The notes: a model not told the origin generated them from the letters alone. DNA of 64,000 nt from an uncultured Actinomycetes bacterium (GCA_963742585.1 CAVUMI010000003.1:84345-148344); one strand, 5' to 3'; positions 20,392 to 29,519 are shown, numbered from the stretch's first letter. Numbers and translations: made by a program.

Positions 20392-21266
20392 CAGGCGGCC
20401 CGTCCGGCGAACAAGCCTTGCGGCCGGAACACCAGCGTGGCCACGACGGCGCCGAAGATGACCAGCTCGGGTAGACCCGTGAGCGACGAGGAAACCGTGG
20501 CGTGGCGGATCTCGGCCTCGGCCACGCCGACCACCAGGCCGCCGGCGAAGGCGCCGGGCATGCTCGACAGTCCGCCGATCAGCGCGGCGCCCAGCGCCTT
20601 GATGAAGATGGCGCCGAACGCGCTGGCGGAAATCACGCCGACCGACGGCTGGATCAACAGCGCGGCCACCGCGCTCAACACCGCGGCCAGACCCCACGTG
20701 AAGATCGACACCCGGGCCAGGCGGATCCCGAGGAACCGCACCGCCTCCTGGTCCTGCGCGGCGGCCTGCACCGACAACCCGAAGTCGGTGAAACGCAGGA
20801 ACGCGGCCAGCGCCAGCCCGATCACCAGCACCAGCACCAGCGACATGCATCTGTGTGGGCGTAACGATCACCTCGAACATCCGCACGCCCACGCCTTTGA
20901 TCGGCGGATCAAGCAGCCGCGGGGTGCCGCCGAAAATCTTCAGTTCGAGCGCGATGAGGAACGACAGCATGGCGATGGTCGCCACCGCGACCGAGATACG
21001 CGGTGCGGCGCGCAGGGGCCACACCGCCAGCCGTTCGAACAGCAGCCCGAGCGCCGAGCGCGGTGAGGACGGCGGCGGCGGCGCCCGACGACATAGGGCT
21101 GGTCCCGCTCGACGATCACGTAGTACGCGATGAACAGCGCGAACGTCCCGAGTTCGGCCTGGGCAAAGTTGAGGACGCCGGACCCGCGGTACACCAGTAC
21201 GAGGCCCAACGCGTAGAGGCCGTAGATGCCGCCGGTGACGAGCCCGACGACGAGCGCCTGCTCCAC
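20391..21266 (-). pseudogene. LivH-like permease broken into four frames
   Basis: GTG at 21264-21266 (MEQALVVGLVTGGIYGLYALGLVLVYRGSGVLNFAQAELG..ERDQPYVV). Then AAAAVLTALGA after ~21083. Then GLLFERLAVWPLRAAPRISVAVATIAMLSFLIALELKIFGG..VTPTQ after ~21049. Then MSLVLVLVIGLALAAF..RPQGLFAGRAA after ~20850. Confidence 0.75.
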
Positions 21267-22893
21267 TTACGACGCCGGCGCCCGCGCGCAGCGCTGGGTG
21301 TTGCGCAGCGCAGCCCGACCGCGCGGTCCGGCGTAAGCCTCCATGATGTCGGCCGAGAACCCGCCGTGGTGGCCGTTGCCGGTGAAGTCGAACTCACACA
21401 GCGCGCCGATCTTGGCCTTGTAACCGCTCTCCATCACGCCGGCGAAGCGGTTGCGGGTGCAGGCCGGACCGCACGCCTCGAACAGTCCGGCGATGCCCTT
21501 GAAGCCGAGCCAGCCGCCCCACGCGATGTCACCGGCGATGCCGCACAGGTCGGTGTTGGGCGAGTACTTGGCGTAGGCCTCCTCGAACTCGCGGATGTCG
21601 GCCGCGTAGCGACGCGTACGGACCGTCGAAGGTGTGGCACTCGTAGGCGGGGGCCAGGTTGGCGCCGCGCAGCGGCGGACGGAGCGCGTCGTTGCCGAGC
21701 GTCTGTGTCTGGATGTTGAAGGTGAACAGCAGCCACTGAGGGCTGTACTGCTGGGTCTTGCCCTGCTTCACGACGTTGAGCTGGCTGACCGCGTCGTCGA
21801 GGATGAACACCACCTCGGCTCCCGCCTGCTGCAGCGTGATGATCTCCTGCGTGTAGCTGCCCTGGTTCTTCTGGACGGGGAGATCGGCCACGATCTTGCT
21901 GCCGTGCTTCGTGACGTAGTTCTTGTAGGCGTCGCGGCCTGGTTGGACGTTGTTGGTGTTGCGCCACAAAAGGCCGACCTTCTTGCCCGCGAACTGCTTC
22001 ACCGTCAGGTCGGCGATCACCAGCGCGGTGTCCTCCTGGGAGATTGTGGCGCTGTAGCTGTAGCGCAGCTTTTCCGAGCCCTTCTTCAGCGTGAAGCCGT
22101 GGAGATACAACTCCTTGTTCTGCTCGGCCCAGATGCGCACGGGCGGGATGACGTCCGAACCGATAGCGCCGAAGATCATGAACGGGTTGCGCTCGGCGCA
22201 GGCCTGCGCGGCGGGCACGCCGCCCTCGGCGGTGTACTGGTCGTCCTCGAGGGTGATGTCGAACTTGCGACCAAACAATCCGCCTTTGTCGTTGAGCCAG
22301 CGCCAGAAGACGAGCAGGTCCTCGGGCTTGGTGTTGAGCACGGCCCCGAGTGACAGCGGCGCGTGACCGCACACCTTGATCGTGTCGTTGGTGATGCCGC
22401 GCGTGTTGTTGGCGCCCGAGAAGAGGTTGGCGTCGCGAATGGCCAGACTCGGTGCGCCGACCGAGATGCCGCGCGTGGTCGCGGTGCGAGCGGCCGTGCC
22501 GCGGTTGACGATCGAGCCGGCCGCGCCCGGCGGCAGCGTGGTGTCGGACGTCGCCCCGCTCTCGTCACCGACCACCGGGTTGTCGTCGGCCGGAATGTCG
22601 GACGCGGCCACCGTGGCACGGTCGCTCGAGGTGATGACCGGCAAGCCGGCCGAGTACAGCGCGAACACGATGGCGCCGATGAGCAGCACGACGCCGACGC
22701 CAAGGGGTGGGGCGTTCTGGCGGACGGCGGCCAGCACCGGTGAGCGGACGTCGTCGGGAAGGGCTTTGAGCGCGGCGCGCACGACGGCGGCGATGAGCAG
22801 CGCGGCCAGCACGAGGCCGATGCCGACCACCCACACCCACGCTCGCGAGCGGGTCTCGACGGTCTGGGCAAACAGCAGCAGCGCGGCGGTCAT
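21267..22893 (-). pseudogene. Liv-type substrate-binding protein with an N-terminal TM anchor, one frame break
   Basis: Start MTAALLLFAQ at 22891-22893. TM segments, a Pro/Thr-rich linker, then a binding fold. The frame breaks near 21605 (..FDGPYA | ADIREFEEAYAKYSPNTDLCGIAGDIAWGGW..). Stop TAA at 21267-21269. Confidence 0.75.
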
Positions 22894-23784
22894 GCAGCTC
22901 CTTGAGGGGCGGGGGCGAAGGCAGAGCACGCGGTCGACACGTAGTTGGCTACGGCGACGACGTCCTCGAACTCGATACGCAGCACCGGAGCGACGGTGCC
23001 CACGGTGTAGATCTGGCGAAGGACCTGCCCGCAGGCGTCGAACACCGTCGAGCGCAGCGGCGCGGCGATCGGTTCTGGGATGACGAAGGCCGGGAGCCCC
23101 GGGAGGTCGGGCAGCGGGATGGGTTCGGTGAAGCCGGCGTCGGTGAGGAGTTGATTGATCGGCCCGAGGAGGGACAGCGCGGTGTTGACCGGGTCCTTGC
23201 AGCCGGCTAGCGCTTCGACGACCGCGCCGCCGTCGGCGCCGAGCGGCTGTCCGGTGAGGCCTTCGACCGCGACCTGCGCGTCGCGCACCGCGTCGGCCTG
23301 CGCGGCGACCGAACACGGCGCCGGCGGGTTGCCGCCACCCGCCGCGGGCGGCGGCTCACTCGCGGGAGTCGTCGCCGGTGGCAACGTTGACGGCGCCGCG
23401 CCCAAGTCCTCCTGTTCACCGGGCGATTCTCCCGCTCCATTCGCGGAGAATCGCCCGGTGAACAGATCGATGGGGGCACCGCTGGCGCCGAGTTGGTCGG
23501 CGGCGGCCATGGTGCGCGAAGCCGCGATGTCCCTGGGGAACGCGCCGGCCGAGGGATAGGCGACGGAGTACAGCGCGTAGATGATCGTCCAGAGTGCGAT
23601 CACGGCGCCGCTGATCGCCAGCCGGGGCCGGCTGCGCACCTGACGACCACGCCGCGGCGCGCATGTCGTCCGGGAAGGCGCGGGCGATCTGCCGGCTGGC
23701 GTGCGCGACGAGGATGCCGCCGAGCACGAGGCCGGCGACCACCGCCCAGATCCAGGGCCGGGGCCCGGCGTCGGCGAGCGTCAT
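22890..23784 (-). pseudogene. membrane-anchored hypothetical protein. Its N-terminus is paralogous to the anchor of the adjacent binding protein. One frame break.
   Basis: MTLADAGPRPWIWAVVAGLVLGGILVAHASRQIARAFPDDMRA breaks near 23660 into VRSRPRLAISGAVIALWTIIYALYS. Compare the binding-protein N-terminus WVWVVGIGLVLAALLIAAVVRAALKALPDDVRS..GAIVFALYS. Cys-containing C-terminal domain of unknown family. Confidence 0.6.
23412..23465. repeat. 54-bp palindromic element (21-bp perfect arms) embedded in a coding linker
   Basis: ctgttcaccgggcgattctcc (23412-23432) pairs with ggagaatcgcccggtgaacag (23445-23465). A second copy lies at 35693-35744. Confidence 0.85.
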
Positions 23785-24582
23785 GCCGCGGGCAGCGCTC
23801 CCAGGAACTCGAGCATGGCGCCGGTGAGCTGGTCGGGCTGGTCGGTGAAGATCACGTGCCCGCCGCCGGCCAGGACGACCTTACGAGCGCCGGGGATGGC
23901 GCCGGCGATGATGTCGGTGTTGACCGGCGGCACCATCTGGTCGGCGTCGCCGGTGATGACGAGGGTGGGCACGGCGATCTGGTGAAGCCGGTCCTTCGTG
24001 CCCGGGTAGCCGAGTCCGGCCATCAACTGGTTGGTGTAGCCCTCGTTGGTGGTGGGCAGCGCGAGGCGGCGCTGGATGTCTTCCTCGATGCGGTCGCGCG
24101 GCGTGGTGGCCGCGTACCCGACCTCGATCGAGGCGCGCGCCGCGTCCTCGGGCGACATCGTGGCCCGGTTGCGCAGCATGTCCATCACCTTCTCATCCGG
24201 CCACACCGCATCAGTACCGGCCGGGTGGGTGCAGCAGAGGATCAGGCTACGGACGCGATCGGGGTGCGAGAGCCCCACTTCCTGCGCGACCAATCCGCCG
24301 AGCGAGCAGCCGAAGACGTGCCGCGGTCTCGACGCCGGCCGCGTCGAGCACGGCCGCCGCGTCGCTGGCCATGAGGTAGATGCTGTACGGCCCCGGCGGG
24401 ACGTCGGACCGGCCGATGCCCCGGGCGTCGTAGCGGATGACCCGGTACTGGGCCTCGAGGGCCGGTAGCACGCGGAACCACATGTCGCTGCTGAAACCGA
24501 GGCCCTGGATGAGCAGCAGGGGCTCGCCCTCGCCACTCTCGTCCCAGTAGAGCTTGGCCCCGTCGACGTCGGTGTACGCCAC
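23781..24582 (-). pseudogene. alpha/beta hydrolase, one frame break
   Basis: GTG at 24580-24582 follows GGGAGGGG. VAYTDVDGAKLYWDESGEGEPLLLIQGLG..YDARGIGRSD breaks near 24325 into HVFGCSLGGLVAQEV..LVITGDADQMVPP..GGGHVIFTDQP. Its stop overlaps the next start (ATGA at 23781-23784). Confidence 0.8.
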
Positions 24583-24646
24583 CGTCCCCTCCCTAACACT
24601 CGTTCGCCTGGTTTGGAGGTTGTCACGGGAGCAACGGTGAGTCAAT

Positions 24647-25366
24647 ATGCAGTCCATGGCTAACGGTCGTTCGCCCGTTCGGAGCGCGGCACCTGCGGCG
24701 GTGCTACCCCCCGGCTTGGGCAAGCCCAGCGCCCGCAAGCTGCTCGAGGCGGCCGTCGTGGCCTTCGCCGAGCGGGGGTATCACGGCGTGTCGGTGCGCG
24801 ACCTCACGTCGTCGGTCGGCATCCAGGCCGCCTCGTTCTACGCCCACTTCCCGTCGAAGGAGGCGCTGCTCGCCGAGCTGATGCTCGGCGGCCATCAGCT
24901 GCACCAGGCCCACGTGCGCGACGCCATCCTGGGCGCCGGCCCGGATCCGGTCGAGCAGCTGCGGCTGGCGATCCGGGCCAACGTCGAATTCCAGGCGACC
25001 TGGCCGGTGCTGACGATCGTGTGCAACAGCGAGCTGCACGCGCTGGCCGAGGATCACAGCGACCGGGTGCTGGCGTTGCGCCACGACTCCGCGGTGTTGA
25101 TCGTGGCCGTGATCGAGCGGGGGAACGTGACCGGTGCGTTCGAGTGCCGCGACATGTGGTTGGCGTTGTCGGCCATCGGCGCGATGGGAGTGCGCGTGGC
25201 GTGGTGGTTCCGCCCGCCGGGCGTGACCTCCGACGACGACAGCCCCCTCAGCACGTACCCGCGTGAGGCGGCGACGTGGATGGCGGGCGACGGGAATACC
25301 GCAGAGACGGTCGCTGACGCGTACGCCGAGTTCGCCCTGAGGATCGTGGGCGGGCGCGGTGCGTAG
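24647..25366 (+). CDS. TetR family transcriptional regulator
   Basis: KLLEAAVVAFAERGYHGVSVRDLTSSVGIQAASFYAHFPSKEALL HTH. Divergent from the hydrolase/ABC operon. Confidence 0.85.
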   Translation: MQSMANGRSPVRSAAPAAVLPPGLGKPSARKLLEAAVVAFAERGYHGVSVRDLTSSVGIQAASFYAHFPSKEALLAELMLGGHQLHQAHVRDAILGAGPDPVEQLRLAIRANVEFQATWPVLTIVCNSELHALAEDHSDRVLALRHDSAVLIVAVIERGNVTGAFECRDMWLALSAIGAMGVRVAWWFRPPGVTSDDDSPLSTYPREAATWMAGDGNTAETVADAYAEFALRIVGGRGA

Positions 25367-26396
25367 GTCGGTTGTCGCCCTTGCGGTGTTGGCGCTGGCG
25401 CTGATCGCCGCGCCAGCAGACGCGGCGCGTTGGGCCGGCGCGTTCACGCGCCACACGCTCGTCGCGGGCGCGACCTATCCGGCGCGCGAGTACTGGACCT
25501 ATGTGCCGCCCGGGTTGCCGCCGGCCGGCCAACGCGCGCTGGTGGTGTACCTCCACGGCTGCGCGCAACCGGCCGAGCAGGCCGCGTTGTCGACGCCGTG
25601 GAACGACCTGGCCGATCAGCGCGGGTTCATCGTCGCCTATCCCGAGCAGTCGACCGACCCGACCACGGGCAGCCCGGCGCAGTGCTGGAACTCGGGGCAG
25701 GTCGTGGTGCCGCGCGGCGAGGGTGAGCTGGAGTCGGTCGCCCAGATCACGCGCCGCGTCGCCGCCGCGCACGGCGCCGATCCGGCGCGCGTGTATCTGG
25801 TCGGTGTGTCATCCGGCGCCCTGATGGCCAACGTGATGGCAGCGACGTATCCGGACCTCTACGCGGCCGTGGGTTCGATCGAGGGCTGTTCTTATCTGTG
25901 CTCCGACCCGACCGGTGATCAGGCCTACATGCGGATGGGCGACTTCGCGCAGCCGATGCCGGCGTTCATCGTGCAGGGCAGCGCCGACTACCTCACCAAC
26001 CCGGTGATGGGCGAGCTCACCGTTCTGCAGTGGCTGGGCACCAACGATCTGATCGACGACGGCGCGCACAACCTCTCGGTGTCGCTGCTGCCCGCGTCGA
26101 TCGAACATCGCAATCTCGACGGGCTCACCAGCATCGGCGCCGGCGCGCCGGGTGACACCTGCACGCAGCAGCCGCCTCGCAACCCCTGCCTGCCCGCCGC
26201 GCTCGGCGTCTCGCCGTACCCCGCGACCGTCCGTCACTACAACGACGCCGCCGGCCGCGAGCTCGTGCAGGCCTGGCTCGTCCACGGCCTCTCGCACAAC
26301 TATCCCGGCGGCAGCTTCGACGGCAGCTTCAGCGACCCCTACGCCGGCGACCTCACCACCGCCGCCTACGACTTCTTCGAGTCCGCGCACAGCTAG
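25359..26396 (+). CDS. secreted esterase, PHB-depolymerase family
   Basis: Signal peptide. YWTYVPPG..LVVYLHGCAQ..FIVAYPEQS..CWNSGQ..VYLVGVSSGALMANVMAATYPDLYAAVGSIEG. Overlaps the TetR stop by 8 nt. Confidence 0.8.
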   Translation: MRRSVVALAVLALALIAAPADAARWAGAFTRHTLVAGATYPAREYWTYVPPGLPPAGQRALVVYLHGCAQPAEQAALSTPWNDLADQRGFIVAYPEQSTDPTTGSPAQCWNSGQVVVPRGEGELESVAQITRRVAAAHGADPARVYLVGVSSGALMANVMAATYPDLYAAVGSIEGCSYLCSDPTGDQAYMRMGDFAQPMPAFIVQGSADYLTNPVMGELTVLQWLGTNDLIDDGAHNLSVSLLPASIEHRNLDGLTSIGAGAPGDTCTQQPPRNPCLPAALGVSPYPATVRHYNDAAGRELVQAWLVHGLSHNYPGGSFDGSFSDPYAGDLTTAAYDFFESAHS

Positions 26397-27244
26397 GTCG
26401 CGAGGCGCTGCGCCTTGCCGATGAGGTGGTCGACCATCGCGCCGGCGACGTCGAGGCCGCCGACGGTCTGCGCCGGCACGAAGTAACAGGGAAAGTTCGC
26501 CTCGAGAAGAAACAGTTCGCCGCTCGACGACTCGAGGATGTCGACGCCGCCGAACTCGCGGCGGAGCGCGCGCATCGCGGAGTGAGCCAACCGGGCGAGC
26601 GGCTCCGGGCCAACCGCGTGGTAGTCGGCCGGATCGTCACTCCCGTGGCTGCGGAAGTCGTCCGCGGCCACGGGGTTGCGGTAGGTCGCGACCGCCTGAT
26701 CGCCCACGAGGACAACGCGCCAATGAGTGGCTGCGTCGAGGAACGGCATCAGGGCGGGCATCGCGCCGCGCGCCAGCACGTAGTCGACTACCGAGAACAA
26801 CGACGAGAACGAGTCAACTCGCACGACCCCGACGCCGCCGGAGAGACCGAACGACTTCACCACCAGCGGAAAGCCACCGACGCGGTCCGCGAACGATCGC
26901 AGCAGTTCGCGGCTGCCGCTCCCCGCGTAGACGGTCGGCGGCACGGGCAGCCCGGCCGCCTCGAAGACCATCGTCGCGGTGACTGGACGGAAGTGGATCC
27001 CGTCTGGCTCGGTGTAGAACGTCGAGACCCCTGGTCGGTAGAGGAACTCCTCGACGCGGAGCGCGGCGATCCCTACCGCGGGCCGGAAGAGCAGGTTCCC
27101 AGGATCGAGTCGATGGCGGGGGTCGTAGTCGAACGTGCGCGCATCGACGGCCACGTACTCGACGCGGCGCGTCGCGCACGCGACGCGAAGTAATCGCGTC
27201 GTCTCGGGTGGGACCTCGATGTCGACGCAGTAGAAAGCCGGCAG
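26393..27244 (-). CDS. RimK-like ATP-grasp ligase, start codon unresolved
   Basis: FPLVVKSFGLSGGVGVVRV, WRVVLVGDQAVATYRN..DDFRSH, GGVDILESSSGELFLLEANFP and LDVAGAMVDHLIGKA parallel E. coli RimK blocks. The first canonical start (GTG at 27154) removes a coding-looking N-domain, ALPAFYCVDIEVPPETTRLLRVACATRRVEYVAVD. CTG at 27242-27244 is the only candidate start. Confidence 0.7.
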   Translation of the reverse strand: MPAFYCVDIEVPPETTRLLRVACATRRVEYVAVDARTFDYDPRHRLDPGNLLFRPAVGIAALRVEEFLYRPGVSTFYTEPDGIHFRPVTATMVFEAAGLPVPPTVYAGSGSRELLRSFADRVGGFPLVVKSFGLSGGVGVVRVDSFSSLFSVVDYVLARGAMPALMPFLDAATHWRVVLVGDQAVATYRNPVAADDFRSHGSDDPADYHAVGPEPLARLAHSAMRALRREFGGVDILESSSGELFLLEANFPCYFVPAQTVGGLDVAGAMVDHLIGKAQRLAT

Positions 27245-27249
27245 CGCGG

Positions 27250-27402
27250 CTACTTCCTGCGGTCTTCCCTGGCGCCGCCCTTGACGTTGGCGGCATCTTC
27301 GGACTCGACGGTCAGGTCCTCCACGAGACCGGCTTCTGATTCAGCGGTGGCGTCGTCGGCCGCGTCACCCTCGTGGGACTGCGGGCGCTCTTCCTCACCC
27401 AT
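27250..27402 (-). CDS. 50-aa highly acidic small protein
   Basis: ATG at 27400-27402 lies 7 nt after GGGAGGG. MGEEERPQSHEGDAADDATAESEAGLVEDLTVESEDAANVKGGAREDRRK. Third codon positions are strongly G/C. Confidence 0.55.
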   Translation of the reverse strand: MGEEERPQSHEGDAADDATAESEAGLVEDLTVESEDAANVKGGAREDRRK

Positions 27403-27466
27403 GGTGCTTCCCTCCCAACCGCCACGACATCGCGGCGAGTACGTCCACGGTACGCCCGTGCCGTAA

Positions 27467-28345
27467 CTAACGCGAGATCGACACGCTGGGGCTGGTGGCC
27501 AGGACGCGGCCGTCGGCGGCGACGGCAACGACTCGATAGGTCGCGGTGGTGGCGCGATCGGGGAGCTGGTCGACGGCGGCGGTTGTCCCGATGTCCCGGA
27601 TCTGGGCGACGACCTCGGTGCCCGCGTCGGCCGGATACGCGGGGCCCGGGGGCGCTTGGTCCCGGCCGAGGCGACGCAGGACGAGGTAACGGTCGAAACC
27701 CGGGCCGGTGTAGCCGCTCCAGCGCAGGTTGGCGCGCCCCGCTCGCTCCGGTGTCGCGGTGAGCCGCAGCGTCGCAGGCCGCGACCGAACCGTGGTCGGC
27801 GGCGGCGGCGTCGGTCGGGTGCCTGGCGGACGGGTTGGCGCGACGGTTGGTCCCGGACGACGGGTGGTCGCGGTCGTTGGCGGGCGGGTCGGTGTCGGCG
27901 CTGGCCGTCCGACGCGCAGCCGCCCGTCGACAATCACGCCCTCGGCGTTCGCACCCAGTTCGACGCCGCGCACGTTTGCTCTGCCCTCGGGCCCGGTGCG
28001 GATGACCGTGCCGTCGGGCAGCCGCAGGCCGGCGACGCCGGGGATGACCGAGCCGTCGGGCAGCACGAGCAGCGCACCCGTCGCGCTGGTCAGCTGCACC
28101 TGACGATGTCCGTCGTTGCGCAGCGCCGCCGCGCTCACCGCGGCGATCACGAGGACCACGGCGGCGGTGATCGTCACCAGCAACCGTGTCCGCGGGAAGG
28201 GCGTGGTCGGCGCGGCCGGGCCGGTCATGCCCGTGGCGTGGATGGCGCGCAGCCGGTCCTCGAGCGATGCCGCGAATTCGGCGCGTGGGGCCGGGGCCGG
28301 AGCGCCGCCGGCTTCGGAGAGGCGATCGTTCAGTTCGTCGGTCAT
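27467..28345 (-). CDS. putative anti-sigma factor: single TM, Pro/Thr linker, C-terminal FN3-like domain
   Basis: Start overlaps the sigma-factor stop (28342-28345). Short cytoplasmic N-terminus, TM LLVTITAAVVLVIAAVSAAAL, PTPTRPPTT linker, then LRLTATP..LRWSGYTGPGFDRYLVLRR..YRVVAVAADGRVL. Confidence 0.6.
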   Translation of the reverse strand: MTDELNDRLSEAGGAPAPAPRAEFAASLEDRLRAIHATGMTGPAAPTTPFPRTRLLVTITAAVVLVIAAVSAAALRNDGHRQVQLTSATGALLVLPDGSVIPGVAGLRLPDGTVIRTGPEGRANVRGVELGANAEGVIVDGRLRVGRPAPTPTRPPTTATTRRPGPTVAPTRPPGTRPTPPPPTTVRSRPATLRLTATPERAGRANLRWSGYTGPGFDRYLVLRRLGRDQAPPGPAYPADAGTEVVAQIRDIGTTAAVDQLPDRATTATYRVVAVAADGRVLATSPSVSISR

Positions 28346-28980
28346 GGCCGGGCTGCCTTTCGCAACGCGGCAACGGCGCGGTGCAGGGTCACCGCCATCA
28401 CCGCCTTCGACGTGCCCATCGCCGCAGCAGCCTCGTCATGCGATAGGCCGGCGAGATACCGCAATGAGATGGCGCGCTGGTACCGCGGGTTGATCGTGGC
28501 GAGCGCTGCGAGCAGCGGGGCAGCGTCGCCGGGCACGTCGAGGCGATCGATGCCAACTGACGCGTCGGCGTCGCCCGCCGACGCGGCACTGACGAGCGCG
28601 TGGGCGACGCGCGGTGCCCGGTTCCGTTGCTCGCGCCGGTGGTGGTCGACCAGTTCGTTGGCCGCGATGCGGAACAGCCACGCGCCGAAACCGCCGCCGC
28701 GCCAGCGGAACTGATCGAGGCTGCGCAGCGCCCGCTCGAACGTGGCCGAGGTGACGTCCTCGGCCACGGTACGCGAGCCGGTGCGCCGGTAGGCGAACGC
28801 GTGGATGCGCGGAAGGTAACGGCGGTAGAGCTCGGCCATCGCGTCTGCGTCCGAGCGCGCCGCCTCGACGAGCGCGCGCTCGTCGAGGTCAGCGGGGTCG
28901 GGAACGGCATGGGGCCACGGCTTCACAGTGTCGCCGACGGCCCCGGGCCGGGGCGGTTGTGGTGATGGCTCACCCATCAC
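28342..28980 (-). CDS. ECF-type RNA polymerase sigma factor
   Basis: Region 2 ELYRRYLPRIHAFAYRRTGSRTVAEDVTSATFERALRSLDQF..FGAWLFRIAANELVDH. Region 4 INPRYQRAISLRYLAGLSHDEAAAAMGTSKAVMAVTLHRAVAALR. Confidence 0.9.
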   Translation of the reverse strand: MMGEPSPQPPRPGAVGDTVKPWPHAVPDPADLDERALVEAARSDADAMAELYRRYLPRIHAFAYRRTGSRTVAEDVTSATFERALRSLDQFRWRGGGFGAWLFRIAANELVDHHRREQRNRAPRVAHALVSAASAGDADASVGIDRLDVPGDAAPLLAALATINPRYQRAISLRYLAGLSHDEAAAAMGTSKAVMAVTLHRAVAALRKAARP

Positions 28981-29419
28981 CTTGCGATGCCGGCGGGATG
29001 CCGGTGGTCACCACGCTGCTGCGGCCGACGATGTGGCCGGCGGCGTCGACGGCCACCACCGCGTAGCGATAGCGGACGCCGGGACGGACGTTGGTATCGA
29101 GGAAGCGAGTGTGAGCGCGGTCGGCGGTGCGGAAGACGACTTCGCGTCCGTCGGGTGTGCCCCGCACGAGGCGGTAGCCAGCGAAGCGACGGGACGTCGA
29201 CGGTGACCACCGGCAGCCGATGCCCCGTTGTTCGCCGTCGCTGGCCGGCTGACAGGCGAGGCGCAGGTGCTCGGGCCGGTCGGGTCGAGGTCTCACCTCG
29301 ACCGCGGCCGACGGCCGAGCGGGGCGTTCGGCGGCGCCGGCGGGAACGGCCGACGCCGCGGCCACGCCGCCGGCGATGACGGCGCTGGCGAGCACGAGGG
29401 TGGTGAACGGCTTGGGCAT
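28970..29419 (-). CDS. secreted FN3-like protein, paralogous to the anti-sigma C-terminal domain
   Basis: ATG at 29417-29419 follows GGAG. Signal peptide MPKPFTTLVLASAVIAGGVAAASAVPAGA. LRLACQP..CRWSPSTSRRFAGYRLVRG..YRYAVVAVDAAGHIV. Confidence 0.6.
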   Translation of the reverse strand: MPKPFTTLVLASAVIAGGVAAASAVPAGAAERPARPSAAVEVRPRPDRPEHLRLACQPASDGEQRGIGCRWSPSTSRRFAGYRLVRGTPDGREVVFRTADRAHTRFLDTNVRPGVRYRYAVVAVDAAGHIVGRSSVVTTGIPPASQGDG

Positions 29420-29471
29420 GCAAGGTCTCCTTGGTGAACGAGGGTGGGCGGGGGAGCGCGCTCGAGAGTCC

Positions 29472-29497
29472 AACGAACAACGACCAACCCGATTTCA
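29472..29497 (-). promoter_or_regulatory. candidate ECF-type promoter (TGAAAT-N16-CGTT) upstream of the FN3 / sigma / anti-sigma operon
   Basis: The minus strand reads gtGAAATcgggttggtcgttgttCGTTgg, about 45-75 nt upstream of the ATG at 29419. Motif match by eye only. Confidence 0.3.
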
Positions 29498-29519
29498 CCT
29501 ACGCCGGCAAGAAAGCCAT

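Noticed and set aside
24583-24646. TetR operator in the divergent intergenic region
   Set aside because: Only a weak 4-bp inverted repeat (tcac..gtga) is visible, which is not enough to call a site.
27250-27402. Small acidic protein as LysW, Pup or an S6-like substrate
   Set aside because: It has no CxxC zinc ribbon or EDWGE tail (LysW), no GGQ/GGE C-terminus (Pup) and no C-terminal Glu run (S6). It is kept only as an unclassified candidate partner of the ATP-grasp enzyme.
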